Assembly (NCBI GenBank): GCA_944391695.1
Contig: CALXUO010000049.1
Location: 127-64,126, forward strand
Direction of reading: 5' to 3'
Length of the DNA stretch: 64,000 nucleotides
Source: an uncultured Alphaproteobacteria bacterium
GTDB lineage: Bacteria; Pseudomonadota; Alphaproteobacteria; RF32; CAG-239
A program made the translations under genes and the position numbers. The notes under the pieces were generated by a model that ran no database searches, was not told the origin of the DNA, and worked only from the letters and a program-made list of their open reading frames with translations. Every line of letters starts with the position of its first letter. The first letter of the stretch is position 1. Below are positions 26,097-36,025 of this stretch, one piece after another.

Positions 26097-27743
26097 TTAT
26101 TGTGTCCTTACTACGCTGCAGAATATACCGTTACGTCCAAGTCTACTGCATATCCTATCCCCTTCGCTAAGATTTTTAATCGGCCCTACACGTAAATGAA
26201 AAAGCTCTTTACCTTTGCCGTCAGCTGGTGCGTCCACCGAGAAAAACGGCGTAAGTCCATTTAATTCTCCGCTATAGGTTGATGATAAGCGGCTCCACAG
26301 AGATTCCAGATTGCTCACATCTCCATCTGCGCCAAGCTCTATTGAAATAGTCGAATTATCTCCATCGCTAAATCCTTTGCCATAGCCATATTGCGACAAG
26401 CCTGAATTTTTATACTGCGATTGGTCAAAGCTTTGTTGCTGGTTTGCCGTTGTATTACTGATACGCTGCATCTTAGAATAGTCAAAACTATCTGCAATAT
26501 TGCCATTTTGCGGATAATTATCGTTGGTGTATTCTGGAACAATAATCTGGCTTTGCCCCATCTGGATATCAACCTGGCCGGGCATAGCACTCATCCCTTG
26601 ACCGCCACCTAAGGATGCACCGCCCCCCATCATTTGAGCTCCGAAAGCGGACGAGTTTATCCCCATCGTCTGCTGATTGGGAATTGTCGGACCAACTTGC
26701 CATGTCGGCGGCATATAATCGCTTGAGTCAATAGCAAATTCCAAACCGCTCTCATTAGAACGGCGCATCTTAATACAAATTATGCGTTTACCGTTACGAA
26801 GCACCATATCACCCACGCCCTCAACTATAATCAATCTGTTATCCGGACCTTTGGTTCTAAATCCTACCGGCACTTCAACCCTCTCAACAATCATGCTAAC
26901 AACAGGCCTTTGGGTCATGTTAAGCGCTTTTTTGCCTAAATCAATATAGGTAAAGATATTATCGCGCCATACTCTTTCAGGGGCAATTACCACATCATCA
27001 GGATTGGGAACATATACCTCCAAATCAAACCTAAACTCACTCGGATCAACAGGTATTGTCTTGAGCCAATCTGATTTTTGCAAGCGCCTAGTATAGGTTG
27101 CATCAACTGACTTATTACCACTTGAAGAACCTCCGCTTGAGCCACCAGCAAACGGTGTTGACCCACCGGAGCCTGATGGCGCATATTCGTCAACGACATC
27201 TATATCAATGATGGCGTTAGTTAGACGCTCGGTATTTACAGCCTCTGATTTAACATAAAACACATAACGATTACCTGAGCGCCCAAAAACGATAACATTA
27301 GTATCAACCCCTACATTGGCTCCTCTTTTAGGGTATAATAACAAAGTGCTGGGACCTGATATCTGTCCGTCAAATGTAGCACTATCTCCAATAAAAATAT
27401 CCTCTATCAGCTCCCATTCAGGGAAGTTTACCATGGTGATCATCCCCTCGCGCACACGAATCGGCAAAACCAAATCAGGCGTCCAGTAATACCTCGAATA
27501 TGCAGGCTTGCTTTGTCCCTCGCCCAGATTTTGCAACGGATCAAGCCAGGCCGCCTGTGTCATACCCAAAGAATTGAAACCAGCGTACCCCATATTCATC
27601 GGCGTATAGTTACCCTGCGCTTGCTCAGCGCTGGCGTCCATCATTTGCTGATCCACTTGCGCTAAAACCGACTGCGTTAATACCAAAAGAACCGTCGCCA
27701 CCAATAATAAAATTTTTATTTTTACTCTATCTCTCACGTTCAA
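26097..27743 (-). CDS. virB9: VirB9 homolog fused to a low-complexity linker and a C-terminal SPOR-like domain
   Basis: 548 aa with signal peptide 'LLLVATVLLVLTQSVLAQ'. The N-domain 'LPIRVREGMITMVNFPEWELIEDIFIGDS...NRYVFYVKS' and the C-domain 'PERVWRDNIFTYIDLGKK...PVVSMIV' are VirB9-like. The G/Q/M/S-rich linker is about 170 aa. The last 85 aa, 'LFHLRVGPIKNLSEGDRICSRLGRNGIFCSVVR', match the SPOR consensus pattern. Confidence 0.8.
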   Translation of the reverse strand: MNVRDRVKIKILLLVATVLLVLTQSVLAQVDQQMMDASAEQAQGNYTPMNMGYAGFNSLGMTQAAWLDPLQNLGEGQSKPAYSRYYWTPDLVLPIRVREGMITMVNFPEWELIEDIFIGDSATFDGQISGPSTLLLYPKRGANVGVDTNVIVFGRSGNRYVFYVKSEAVNTERLTNAIIDIDVVDEYAPSGSGGSTPFAGGSSGGSSSGNKSVDATYTRRLQKSDWLKTIPVDPSEFRFDLEVYVPNPDDVVIAPERVWRDNIFTYIDLGKKALNMTQRPVVSMIVERVEVPVGFRTKGPDNRLIIVEGVGDMVLRNGKRIICIKMRRSNESGLEFAIDSSDYMPPTWQVGPTIPNQQTMGINSSAFGAQMMGGGASLGGGQGMSAMPGQVDIQMGQSQIIVPEYTNDNYPQNGNIADSFDYSKMQRISNTTANQQQSFDQSQYKNSGLSQYGYGKGFSDGDNSTISIELGADGDVSNLESLWSRLSSTYSGELNGLTPFFSVDAPADGKGKELFHLRVGPIKNLSEGDRICSRLGRNGIFCSVVRTQ

Positions 27744-28484
27744 CTACTCCACCTTGTTGCGGCTTAACGCATATCTTAACACCGTAAATCCGACCGGATT
27801 TTTTAACCTGTCGTCATACTTAACCTTTTTGCGACGATAGCCGACATTCAATGATGCCGTCCAATAACCTATCTCCGGCTCAGTAGAATCCGGATACATA
27901 TCCCTTGTTTCATATTCAACCTGCCAAATACCGTCTGTCAACTCATTAACTGACAAAATCTTTACCGTGCGTTCAAAACCTTTATTCTTGATAAGACTAA
28001 TCGCTTTGGTCGCAACATTATCCAAAAAATCCTGATAAACACGATTATCCGACATCTCTTGTATAGGGCCGCCCGGCATCCATCTGGCCTCAACCTCAGA
28101 AACATCGCTACTGAAAGTACTGCGCAAGAGAACATACTCCCTTACAAACACCTCGGTAATCGCTTTACGATTGCGCAATTCCGTCGTGAGTGGCTGAATA
28201 TTATAAACTTGTTCGGAACGATTTTGAAACGTAAGCAAAAACGGCTCAACCCTATATAGCGGAACAACTTGGAAAATAGCCAGAATCAACACGATATTGC
28301 AACACAAACTAACCGCCGTAATTACTGCAAACGCTCTAGCTGTCCACAAATAGCGTTTTTCAGCAATGTTGGCAACAAAAATATCCTCACCTGCGCTTTT
28401 TGATGAAGAGCCACGCCCAGGTATGCGGCGACGCCCCTCCAAAAGCCTTGACTGCGGTTTATCCTGTCCGATTTCTTCCACCAT
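27744..28484 (-). CDS. virB8: VirB8 homolog (paralog 2)
   Basis: 246 aa. An N-terminal cytoplasmic stretch is followed by the TM helix 'AFAVITAVSLCCNIVLILAIFQVVPL', then 'VEPFLLTFQNRSEQVYNIQPL' and 'ITEVFVREYVLLRSTF', which are typical VirB8 periplasmic-domain motifs. Confidence 0.8.
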   Translation of the reverse strand: MVEEIGQDKPQSRLLEGRRRIPGRGSSSKSAGEDIFVANIAEKRYLWTARAFAVITAVSLCCNIVLILAIFQVVPLYRVEPFLLTFQNRSEQVYNIQPLTTELRNRKAITEVFVREYVLLRSTFSSDVSEVEARWMPGGPIQEMSDNRVYQDFLDNVATKAISLIKNKGFERTVKILSVNELTDGIWQVEYETRDMYPDSTEPEIGYWTASLNVGYRRKKVKYDDRLKNPVGFTVLRYALSRNKVE

Positions 28485-28505
28485 AACAGCCTTTCTTATA
28501 AAAAA

Positions 28506-28694
28506 CTATATCGTTGCGACAAACCAATCAGGCAGAGTCTTCGGCAACTCTACCTCCATACAGGCGCACGGCGATAATTTAAGCTCATCGTTGCCGGAAC
28601 CTATACCTATAGGCTCAGGCTCGTAATAAGAACCATAGCAGCCCGATAACACAAATAAAACAAACAGAATCAATATTTTACATCTTGTTTTCAT
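28506..28694 (-). CDS. virB7: VirB7-like small lipoprotein
   Basis: I trimmed the ORF to the ATG at 28694 (AGGAGG upstream). It is 62 aa, with 'MKTRCKILILFVLFVLSGC' carrying an LSGC lipobox. It sits between two virB8 paralogs and upstream of virB9, as rvhB7 does in Rickettsiales. Confidence 0.6.
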   Translation of the reverse strand: MKTRCKILILFVLFVLSGCYGSYYEPEPIGIGSGNDELKLSPCACMEVELPKTLPDWFVATI

Positions 28695-28799
28695 GAGAAA
28701 CAACCCTCCTTAAGGGGTTAATATATAGCACTATAGATAGTATGAAATTATACCGTTTTATTTTAAATGTCTAACAGCTTAGATATACTTATCAACAAA

Positions 28800-29555
28800 T
28801 TAGAACACTTCTACTTCGGTTTGAGAATAACGTGTAACCGTAAAACCCAGTGGATTAATCAACCGCGGGACAACAAATGATCTTTCAGGTATAAAATACG
28901 CCGTTATAGATGATGTCCAATATCTGACGCGCAAGGTAGATTCTTGTTGCGCTTGATTCTTGCCTTGCTCGTTATATAAATCATAAGTTTTAAAATCAAC
29001 TTTCCATACCGCTGAACGATTGCCCCCTTGGCGAGTAACCGAAATAATCTCTACCTCACGAACTAAAACTTGTTTGAATATTGTTTCCCATATTGTTTTG
29101 GTGGTTCGACCAAATTCATTATATGTATCGGGTGAAGAAAGATAATCAACCATACCTCCGCCCATCCAACGCGTGCGCATCTCTACCGGGTCATTGATGA
29201 TGGTATTGCGAATGATAACATATTGCCGAATAAACATTTCCAATAATTTGTCTTTTGAGGCCATATCCTGGGCTATGGCCTCATTACGAACAATATTGTC
29301 GGATTCACTTTGATTTATCAGTAAAAATGGCTCAACCGTAACTAATGGCGCCAGCCTAAACAATGATAATGACGCCAAAACTAGGAAAATCATTGATATC
29401 GTCGCGGTTAGGATAAAAAAACGCGAAACCCATAAATAATAAATCTGCTTAAAGGTGGTGCGCTCTTTCTCCAAATATTCTATATATTGTGGAGCGTCAA
29501 CCGCCCCAGAAATAGCCAATCTTTGAGTTCCGCCAGATATTTGTTTTGCCTCCAT
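28800..29555 (-). CDS. virB8: VirB8 homolog (paralog 1)
   Basis: 251 aa with TM helix 'FFILTATISMIFLVLASLSLFRLAPL', then 'VEPFLLINQSESDNIV' and 'LEMFIRQYVIIRNTI'. It is colinear with the paralog at 27744. Confidence 0.8.
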   Translation of the reverse strand: MEAKQISGGTQRLAISGAVDAPQYIEYLEKERTTFKQIYYLWVSRFFILTATISMIFLVLASLSLFRLAPLVTVEPFLLINQSESDNIVRNEAIAQDMASKDKLLEMFIRQYVIIRNTIINDPVEMRTRWMGGGMVDYLSSPDTYNEFGRTTKTIWETIFKQVLVREVEIISVTRQGGNRSAVWKVDFKTYDLYNEQGKNQAQQESTLRVRYWTSSITAYFIPERSFVVPRLINPLGFTVTRYSQTEVEVF

Positions 29556-29573
29556 CTTTTATGCCCCGGATAA

Positions 29574-32500
29574 TTAATAGTTTGCACAGTAGGGATCTTC
29601 TGAGTCATTATAATCTTTAGAATCTTCTTTTAAACTATTTTTATATTTATCTACAACGGCGCTGTCGGCTTCAGCCTTTTTTAGATCTGCATCAATATCG
29701 TTGCTGTCGGCCGTGGTGGGTGATATACGCATCAAACCTTCGGTGTCTTTTTTCATGGTGGAGATAAGCTTATCTAGTATCTCTACTTTCTCTTTAGCCG
29801 GCTCATTATCTGTTTGATCTACCCCCGACAAATCTTTTGAAGCTTTGTCTATTTGCTTATTTTTAATTTCTTTTATCTTTTTTACTGCCAATTGATAATC
29901 GGAATCATTGCGCAAATCAAAATCATCCGACGGTGTAAAGCCATAGCTTATAAGCGTTTCTTTTAGCTCGTCTAGGCTCTCGTTATATTTTTTTCTGTAT
30001 TCTTCCAGATTTTCCCGTTGCAGCTTCTCATTCTCGACAAAGTACAAGAAATCTCCTATCTGATTGCGCGACAATGCCGCAAAATTTGCCGAGGCAACTT
30101 CGTCTTTCTTGTTATCGTTAAGATCTTCTCCTTCATCTTCGCCCAAATGTCTATATGCCTCAAAAGCCCTTTTCCTAAATTGCAAATTGTTATTATCATC
30201 AGCTTCAAGCAACATCCCGAGTTCGCTGTAAGTGCACTCCGGATCTGCTGCTTCTTCATTTGAAAAAAATGTTGATCCGAATTTCACCGGAGAATCAAAT
30301 ATCGTATGATATGGTTTGCCGTTTTCCATCTTTATCAGCATACAATCAGATAATTCTGATACATTTAAATCCGTGCGATACAAAAATTCACCCTTACTGT
30401 TTACATCCAAAACTTTTGACGTGCCTTTAATCTTACACGGCATTATGCCTCCACGAGAAAAAGCAACATCCACACAGCCGTTATCCAGCGCTTCTTTCAG
30501 GTTATACTCTGCCTCAATAAAAGCATGATCTTTTAGCATATACTGCCAAATAAGCGGTATGTCGCCACCATAGTTCAAAAAGTCGGAAGCGGTTATATTG
30601 CGGTCTTTTTTATTTTTGATAACCGGTTTGACGTTGGCAAAATCGGTGGCGTCAAAGTGAAAAACCTCTCGAACATGCGGAAGATTAAAGTTTGGAATGG
30701 CAAACGGCGCTTTCAAATCTCTTTCTTTGGCCGTGGCTCCGATAAAGAAACCTTCCGTTTCGGCTTTAGTGTCTGCAGATAGTAATGCCGCATAAACTGC
30801 TATATTACTCAACCTGGCAAAGCCTGCAACATTGTAGCTGATGGTTAAAGCCTTAATCCTGTCAATCATCTGCTGATGTATTCTTACAACCTCTGAATGT
30901 GTTGCCGGATTGTATAACTTGTCTTTAAGCCCCAGTATTTCGTTATAGCCTTCATCAACAACAACATCTACCATTTCATAAAGATTAACCAAGGCTCTGT
31001 CGGCCTCTTCTCTGGCCTTTTTTATTAATGCATCGGGATCTATTAAAGGATTGTCTTCAACCATTTCGGCAATTATGGCTCGCAAATTTTTTGAAACATC
31101 CTCCGAATATTGCTGAGAACTTTTTTGTATGCTCTCGTTCCATTCTGCCTGAAGCGAGAGGACGTTTGACAAACCTGCTGCCATACTTGAGGTGGCTGCA
31201 TCTTGAGCTGCCAATTTTGCCAGGGCTATTTCTTCATCAATTGCATCAAGCTGAGCCTGATACCCGTCAAGTTGGGCTTTGTTTGATGTTATTGTCGCTT
31301 CCAGTCCGGAAATCTTACTCTCATCAGTTTCATCTTTTTTTGCCTCGGAAACAGCTGTGTTTAGCTCCTCAACTCCCAAAATCTTGTCTTCAACCGTATC
31401 CGTAGTGTTTTCACTATCAGAGTATACAACCTTGGCGGTTACTTTAGCTTCTATTGCCTGTGTTGCTTTGTTTTCGGCAACGGATCTGATATCGGCAATT
31501 TCATTACTGCTGTCGCTTATAACTTTATTAACAGCATCCATTTGGGCAATTATTTGTGAACGTTGGGCTTCCAGCCCGGAAACTGCTTCTTGCCCCGAAC
31601 TGCTGCTTTGCGCGTTAGATATAACTTCGCCTCTGGCTTGAACTATTTCGGCCGATGCTTTATCCCTGGCCTCTTGGAGCTGTTGTTGATATTTGGTTTT
31701 TGATATATCTTGACTTTCACCCTTGAGTTTGGCCACAACAAGAGCTAAAACATCATCGCTGGTATAGCCTTTGAGATAGGATTTAATATTTTCATATTTG
31801 CGCCGCAAATATTGCTGATAAAAATTTTTGGTGTCCGTCCAAACAAGTGATTTTTTGCCTTGTTCTCCCCATTGAGAAGCATTTTCTCCAAGTGTTTTGG
31901 CGGCCTCAGCTCCGATTTGCCAAGCAAGTAACGCTGATTCTCTCCCCTCTTTTTGGGATTCTTCCTGTTTGCTTGCATCTACCGAAACCTTAACTGCTTG
32001 GCCTTCTTTCTCTGCTTTGCTCATGTCTGGATCATCCAAAAGATCTGCTTTCTTTTCATCATCAATTGAGGTTTGTGCTATATCTTCTGCCGTTATGGTT
32101 GATGTCTCGGCGGCTTTGGCTGTTTCGTATGCTTCTATCGCCCAAGCCGAAATCCCGCTTCGTAAATCATGATTGTTTACATTTTCTCCCAAATTGCCTC
32201 CGGACCATACATCCGCCGAATTATTAAAATATTCTCCGATATAGTTAGCGGCACATTGATCGGAAATAGATAATTTTTGTAGTACCGTTTCATGGTCTCT
32301 TTCCATCTCGGCAAGTTGATCTGCCACTTGTTTATAGCCTTTTAGGGAGCTGAGAATATTGTGTATTTGCATTGCTACATTAACTTCATCTTCAATTTCT
32401 TTAAGATTATCAAGTGTTTCCAGCTTGCTCTCAGCCTTTATAAGCGGATGTTCATTATCGGGCTCTTCGGGAGAGACGAATTCTACCGTTTGTTTAACAA

Positions 32501-33500
32501 TTGTTGCTCCGGAGCTTGAACCTGCGGAAACCGAACTTGTCGTCGCAGCCGATGCGGCCTGAGCCGAGGCCTTTTGGACAATTCTCATCGCTTCTGATTT
32601 ATTACCGGAAACCGCAGCTTCCATATTGGATAATGATGAAGCAACATCTTTATAAGCAACTTGCGCAAATGCCAATTGTTCTGATTGATGCTTAAAAATC
32701 GGCGGAAGCCTCAAATAGGCCTCGGTTGCACTATCCGAACCCTCTGATGCTTCTTCGGTATCAAGCTGCGGGGTTATCCTTTGCATACTTTTAACTGCTT
32801 TAAGCTGAGCCTTAAGGGCTACAACATTCTCCCATAACCTTATGACACTATCAAACGCTTTTAATGTTTGGCCATAGGCAAATAAGACTTCATTATTGCC
32901 TCCGGATTCTTCATCTTCCTCTGAATCGGTGCTTGGGATATTACACAATGATCCGTCGCCTTCGGCACAATCTTTGGCTAGTTCTATCTTGGCTCTGATG
33001 TCATTGCTTACTTTTTCTTGAAGAATTCTTGCGGCCTGATAAATGGCATAAACGTTTTCAATATAAAACTTGTTGCGTTGGTCTATTGAATAATTTACAT
33101 CGGCTATTTTGTTGGATTTGTAGGTAAAAAAGACTTTGCGCATTTTTTTGGCAATTTTTTTGACCTTTACATTTTTGAGGTCTTGGCCGCAAAAAGTTGC
33201 ACCAATATCATCGGGACCGACGTCTTCATCAAATATCGCACCGCTTTTAATATTGTTAAAAGTTGCCGTTAACGCCGATTGGAGGCTGGTTATATCTGAT
33301 TTGGCTTGTAAAACAATCTCGTTTCCCTGTTGAATACCACTTTGAATATTAGCCGCAAATTGCGGAATTTCTTCTGGAATATCAAATGTTATAGATGGAC
33401 CTAGACCATGATATATCAAATCCCACGGCATTTGAGCATATGCCAGAGACGACAACGCCAACATAATACTTATTAAGACTATAAATATCTGCTTTCTCAT
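29574..33500 (-). CDS. secreted 1308-aa coiled-coil protein, unknown family
   Basis: Signal peptide 'IVLISIMLALSSLAYAQ'. The N-terminus 'ITFDIPEEIPQFAANIQSGIQQGNEIV' follows, then very long A/E/K/Q/S-rich predicted helices. The C-terminal globular part contains Cys residues and the protein ends 'DPYCANY'. Confidence 0.6.
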   Translation of the reverse strand: MRKQIFIVLISIMLALSSLAYAQMPWDLIYHGLGPSITFDIPEEIPQFAANIQSGIQQGNEIVLQAKSDITSLQSALTATFNNIKSGAIFDEDVGPDDIGATFCGQDLKNVKVKKIAKKMRKVFFTYKSNKIADVNYSIDQRNKFYIENVYAIYQAARILQEKVSNDIRAKIELAKDCAEGDGSLCNIPSTDSEEDEESGGNNEVLFAYGQTLKAFDSVIRLWENVVALKAQLKAVKSMQRITPQLDTEEASEGSDSATEAYLRLPPIFKHQSEQLAFAQVAYKDVASSLSNMEAAVSGNKSEAMRIVQKASAQAASAATTSSVSAGSSSGATIVKQTVEFVSPEEPDNEHPLIKAESKLETLDNLKEIEDEVNVAMQIHNILSSLKGYKQVADQLAEMERDHETVLQKLSISDQCAANYIGEYFNNSADVWSGGNLGENVNNHDLRSGISAWAIEAYETAKAAETSTITAEDIAQTSIDDEKKADLLDDPDMSKAEKEGQAVKVSVDASKQEESQKEGRESALLAWQIGAEAAKTLGENASQWGEQGKKSLVWTDTKNFYQQYLRRKYENIKSYLKGYTSDDVLALVVAKLKGESQDISKTKYQQQLQEARDKASAEIVQARGEVISNAQSSSSGQEAVSGLEAQRSQIIAQMDAVNKVISDSSNEIADIRSVAENKATQAIEAKVTAKVVYSDSENTTDTVEDKILGVEELNTAVSEAKKDETDESKISGLEATITSNKAQLDGYQAQLDAIDEEIALAKLAAQDAATSSMAAGLSNVLSLQAEWNESIQKSSQQYSEDVSKNLRAIIAEMVEDNPLIDPDALIKKAREEADRALVNLYEMVDVVVDEGYNEILGLKDKLYNPATHSEVVRIHQQMIDRIKALTISYNVAGFARLSNIAVYAALLSADTKAETEGFFIGATAKERDLKAPFAIPNFNLPHVREVFHFDATDFANVKPVIKNKKDRNITASDFLNYGGDIPLIWQYMLKDHAFIEAEYNLKEALDNGCVDVAFSRGGIMPCKIKGTSKVLDVNSKGEFLYRTDLNVSELSDCMLIKMENGKPYHTIFDSPVKFGSTFFSNEEAADPECTYSELGMLLEADDNNNLQFRKRAFEAYRHLGEDEGEDLNDNKKDEVASANFAALSRNQIGDFLYFVENEKLQRENLEEYRKKYNESLDELKETLISYGFTPSDDFDLRNDSDYQLAVKKIKEIKNKQIDKASKDLSGVDQTDNEPAKEKVEILDKLISTMKKDTEGLMRISPTTADSNDIDADLKKAEADSAVVDKYKNSLKEDSKDYNDSEDPYCANY

Positions 33501-33512
33501 CTCTTGCCCTCC

Positions 33513-35462
33513 TTAAAACATTCCGCCAAGGAAATTAGATATTGCCGAAGATGAATCTTCGTCTTCTGTTGCGCTTTCTTCATCTGACGATAATTCCTTA
33601 TCCTGCTTTTCAGCTTCTGTTGCAAGTGTTGGCGATTTATTCTTTGTCGCTTCTTGCATCTCTTCATCCGCCAAAGGAGTTTTTGCCCCCTCTTCTTGAG
33701 AAGACAACAAACTTTCTGCTTCGGACTTTTTATCTGTCACGGCTGATTTTGCTTCATCATCAGTCTCTTTTATGTCTTTAGCTTCCGCGGCTGAAGTAGC
33801 TAAACTTTCTTTGGATGCGGCAACATCGGTTGTTTCGGGATATAAAATGTCATATATGGAAGAAGCCATCGTTTCCGCAGCTGACGGCGAGCTGCTTGTT
33901 GCAGCCACGCTCGGAGTTATTGCCTGCTTTGTCTGGGTGCTTGCCTTTGATGACGAGCTATTGCTTGTTGCTCCGCTTAAAGTTTTGCTTTTACTTGCTC
34001 CTTGAGAGCCGGATGAGGTTGATGCCGATCCATCATTTGAAGAGCCGCTTGTTTTACTGTCTGTATTGTCGGCATCTTCATCGCTTGATGATGAGCCTGT
34101 TGTTCCACCGGATGAACCGCTACCAGATAAGCTTCCACCGGATGAACCGCCAAAGCCGGCGCCGATGCCACCCAGACTATCGCCCAATTCACCGATATCC
34201 CCCATAATGTCTTTAACATCATCTACTTTGTCTTGCAGGTTGTTGATTCCGTCCTTGGCATCATTTATCATGTCTGATATATTCATTCCGTCATCGTCAT
34301 CTCCCGTGTAACTGCAAATATCAATTACCGTTTTGGCATCAGTTACCGGTATTTGACTGTTGGCAATAATATTAATCGTTTCGGTCTCTATTGCTAAAAG
34401 TTCCATTGTCAGATACTTTTGCAAGGCCTCCATTTGATAAATAATGTTATTGATGGCAAACTGCGCGGCCTCGGATTTTCCGTTTACGGTTTCGGAAGTA
34501 TCGGAAACTGTTTCCTGCTCATCTTTGGTGTCTTCTGTTAAGGCTAGTACCATAACGGCACCCGACGAAGCATCTATGGCCGATTTTCTGGATTTTGCTC
34601 TTCTGCTTTCGGAACGTTTTTTCTTATCTTTTAGTGAAATACTTTCCCCTTCTTTAACCGCCATTTCTTCCATCATTTCTTCTATTCCCTGCTCAGGACT
34701 AACCTCGGAAACCGAAGAATTTTCTTTCTTTTGCGTTATTTCGCTCAACTCTTTGGTCAGCTCGGCAATCTTTTTGGTTTGGTTAACAATGCTTTCTGCA
34801 AACTCTTGATTTGTCGCATTTACCTGATCACTAAGCTTGCTTTCTACAGAATCTATTTCTGATTGAATTGCTGCTAAGTCTTTCTCGCTGGTGGTTTCAA
34901 AATCAGCTATCTTTTTTTCTATGGACGCCTTTTCCTCATCAGAAGAAGCGGCGGCAAGCTCTTCTTCATAGATGGAGTACCTGGCATCCAAATTGCTTTT
35001 GACCTGTTTGAGTTTTTCTTCCAATGTGGTACGTTCAACCTCAGATGCAGATTGAATTTCACTTAGTTTTGTCTCTTTTTGGCTTTGTAAATCTTGCAAA
35101 ACTTTGGTTTCTTGAGCTATCTCCTTGGATTTGAGTGCAATCTTATAGGTGTCAGAATCTTTGACCGTATCCTGAACATCGTTGTAAATTTCAACTATTT
35201 CGGCATATTTTTCTTTGGCAAATTCCATACCTTCTTTGGCCGCCTTTATCCCATCTCCGATAAAAGTGGCAAACTGCGATTCACTGATTTGCTCCATCAC
35301 ATTCTGATAATTCTCTTGTTGTTTTTGAATCCAATCAGCAAATTTGCCGCCTGTTTTGCCGGGGTCAATCTTAAAAATATCTTGCGCCAAAACATCGGTG
35401 CTGATAAAAGACATCGCCAAAAAAACAATCAGAAAATAATTTAATTTAGATGGCTTATTCAT
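33513..35462 (-). CDS. secreted 649-aa coiled-coil and S/T/G-rich low-complexity protein
   Basis: Signal peptide 'FLIVFLAMSFISTDVLAQ'. The N-terminal half is coiled coil. The C-terminal half is low complexity ('GGSSGGSLSGSGSSGGTTGSSSSDEDADN'). Its start overlaps the upstream gene's stop by 1 nt (TAATG). Confidence 0.6.
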   Translation of the reverse strand: MNKPSKLNYFLIVFLAMSFISTDVLAQDIFKIDPGKTGGKFADWIQKQQENYQNVMEQISESQFATFIGDGIKAAKEGMEFAKEKYAEIVEIYNDVQDTVKDSDTYKIALKSKEIAQETKVLQDLQSQKETKLSEIQSASEVERTTLEEKLKQVKSNLDARYSIYEEELAAASSDEEKASIEKKIADFETTSEKDLAAIQSEIDSVESKLSDQVNATNQEFAESIVNQTKKIAELTKELSEITQKKENSSVSEVSPEQGIEEMMEEMAVKEGESISLKDKKKRSESRRAKSRKSAIDASSGAVMVLALTEDTKDEQETVSDTSETVNGKSEAAQFAINNIIYQMEALQKYLTMELLAIETETINIIANSQIPVTDAKTVIDICSYTGDDDDGMNISDMINDAKDGINNLQDKVDDVKDIMGDIGELGDSLGGIGAGFGGSSGGSLSGSGSSGGTTGSSSSDEDADNTDSKTSGSSNDGSASTSSGSQGASKSKTLSGATSNSSSSKASTQTKQAITPSVAATSSSPSAAETMASSIYDILYPETTDVAASKESLATSAAEAKDIKETDDEAKSAVTDKKSEAESLLSSQEEGAKTPLADEEMQEATKNKSPTLATEAEKQDKELSSDEESATEDEDSSSAISNFLGGMF

Positions 35463-36025
35463 TATTTTCCTCCTGCCTTATTTAGATATTCACAATCGCT
35501 GACATAGTCATAATTACCATTATCCAACGCAAGAAACTCGGAATAAATACCGGGGGCCATATTATCAAGCTCTTCCAAAGCATCAAGCATGGCTATACCC
35601 GCCTCAAACGAATTAATGATATTAATGCGCCTGGCTATGTCAGCCGTGCTTTGAATAATGCCCTCTTCAATAATGGCTATTTCGTTTGATATATCGGCCG
35701 ATAAAGAATCGTCTTCCTCATCTTCTTCCTCTTCGGCAATGTATGCTGATATCTTAATCGACTGAGCATATAAATTAGATATATAATTTGAAAAAATATC
35801 ATAAAGATTCTTGGTGGTAGTTGAAGTTTGACCTACCCCGGGCTTAATCGATTTAATAATGCGACACATATTGTAGGGGGTCTCCTCTATATCTTCGTCT
35901 CCTAACGGTGAAAGCCACAAGAGCTCAGGATCGCCCTTGACTTTGGCATAGGCATCGGTCAGCATTATAAAAAAGCTGCAGATAAAACACATAACCAATA
36001 CAAAATATTTACTATTTTGCAGCAT
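35462..36025 (-). CDS. secreted 187-aa protein, unknown family
   Basis: I trimmed the ORF to the ATG at 36025 (AAGGAG RBS). The product begins 'MLQNSKYFVLVMCFICSFFIMLTDAYA'. The annotated upstream 47 codons are the K/R-rich out-of-frame 3' end of the preceding gene. Confidence 0.55.
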   Translation of the reverse strand: MLQNSKYFVLVMCFICSFFIMLTDAYAKVKGDPELLWLSPLGDEDIEETPYNMCRIIKSIKPGVGQTSTTTKNLYDIFSNYISNLYAQSIKISAYIAEEEEDEEDDSLSADISNEIAIIEEGIIQSTADIARRINIINSFEAGIAMLDALEELDNMAPGIYSEFLALDNGNYDYVSDCEYLNKAGGK

